Virus record (IMG/VR): IMGVR_UViG_3300022555_000043
Location: 1 to 64,000 of that record
Reading direction: 5' to 3' (one strand)
From: a virus
Lineage: Duplodnaviria > Caudoviricetes
Length of the DNA: 64,000 nucleotides
Under the pieces are notes generated by a model. It ran no database searches. It worked only from the letters and a program-made list of their open reading frames with translations, and was not told the origin of the DNA. Positions 63,595 through 64,000 of this stretch are shown piece by piece. The stretch's first letter is position 1. Each line of letters starts with the position of its first letter. The position numbers were made by a program, and so were the translations under genes.

Positions 63595-64000
63595 TTAAAT
63601 CCCATCCACGTAGGACACGGACAACGGGTAGTAAATTATGATACCGCCAGTCCTAGCCAAGCAGGGAATCTCATAGGCGAGAGCCTTCTTGTCGGCTTCG
63701 AACTGTTCGAAAGGAACCGGGAGTTCCAACGAAAGATGCTTGATGTCGTTGGCGAACACAATCATCCTTGCGGTACTGGTATTGCCAGCAGTGGCAAGTT
63801 CCGTCAGCCACTCAATCCGCTTGATGTAGACGTTGTTCTCAAGGAAGTACTTCATAACCGTCTTGCCATCGGAATCCGAACCGATCCTCTTGCGAGAAAT
63901 CAGGAGATACTGGGCAAGGGGGAGAAGCATGGTATCGGGAGACTCAATACCATTGGTCGCTGTGAGAATGCCTTCGACAACGCCGTTCATATCGGCCAGA
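63595..64000 (-). CDS. Major capsid protein, C-terminal part (DUF2184 / HK97-fold family), truncated by window edge
   Basis: PDT.LLP...Y..I, T...YF..NN, EL..AG, P.PF.Q, RTGG..IYYP.S..YVDGI. Confidence 0.88.
   Translation of the reverse strand, partial: LADMNGVVEGILTATNGIESPDTMLLPLAQYLLISRKRIGSDSDGKTVMKYFLENNVYIKRIEWLTELATAGNTSTARMIVFANDIKHLSLELPVPFEQFEADKKALAYEIPCLARTGGIIIYYPLSVSYVDGI

Noticed and set aside
1-64000. Genome-wide UGA recoding (code 4 or 25) as the explanation for the two in-frame TGAs
   Set aside because: Dozens of genes end in TGA, many in ATGA/GTGA overlaps with the next start (e.g. 18887, 30587, 31579, 35103, 38121, 44554), so UGA is a working stop
1-64000. Integrase, repressor or att site indicating a prophage
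   Set aside because: None recognisable in the window; lifestyle cannot be decided from this part

Overview
Left 64 kb of a large tailed dsDNA phage genome, probably with a long non-contractile tail (tape measure gene, -1 frameshifted tail chaperone, no sheath in the window). The host is probably diderm because there is a spanin-like pair; a spirochaete host is my low-confidence guess. Layout: (i) 1-101, a 12-bp tandem array at the window edge; (ii) 250-9330, minus-strand small early genes behind at least six near-identical sigma70 promoter/RBS cassettes, plus DUF932, DUF2786, a J-domain gene and terminase small subunit; (iii) 9.7-28.9 kb, plus-strand replication and recombination genes (initiator-like protein, lytic transglycosylase, RNA ligase with 2 tRNAs, primase, SNF2 and DnaB helicases, UDG-fused PolA, dNMP kinase fusion, gp32-like SSB, RecA, HNH); (iv) 28.9-42.1 kb, a 13-gene nucleotide-sugar/glycosyltransferase island; (v) 42.2-45.2 kb, a split SbcC with SbcD; (vi) 45.2-64 kb, minus-strand lysis, tail, neck and capsid genes. 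Best leads: the glycan island; a solitary type I-C CRISPR repeat directly in front of the primase gene; two conserved genes each broken by one in-frame TGA where Trp fits; a shared ~115-aa module inserted in both the head-closure and tail-tip proteins; a fully overprinted spanin-like pair; and the telomere-like terminal array. All family assignments come from motifs read by eye; no searches were run.
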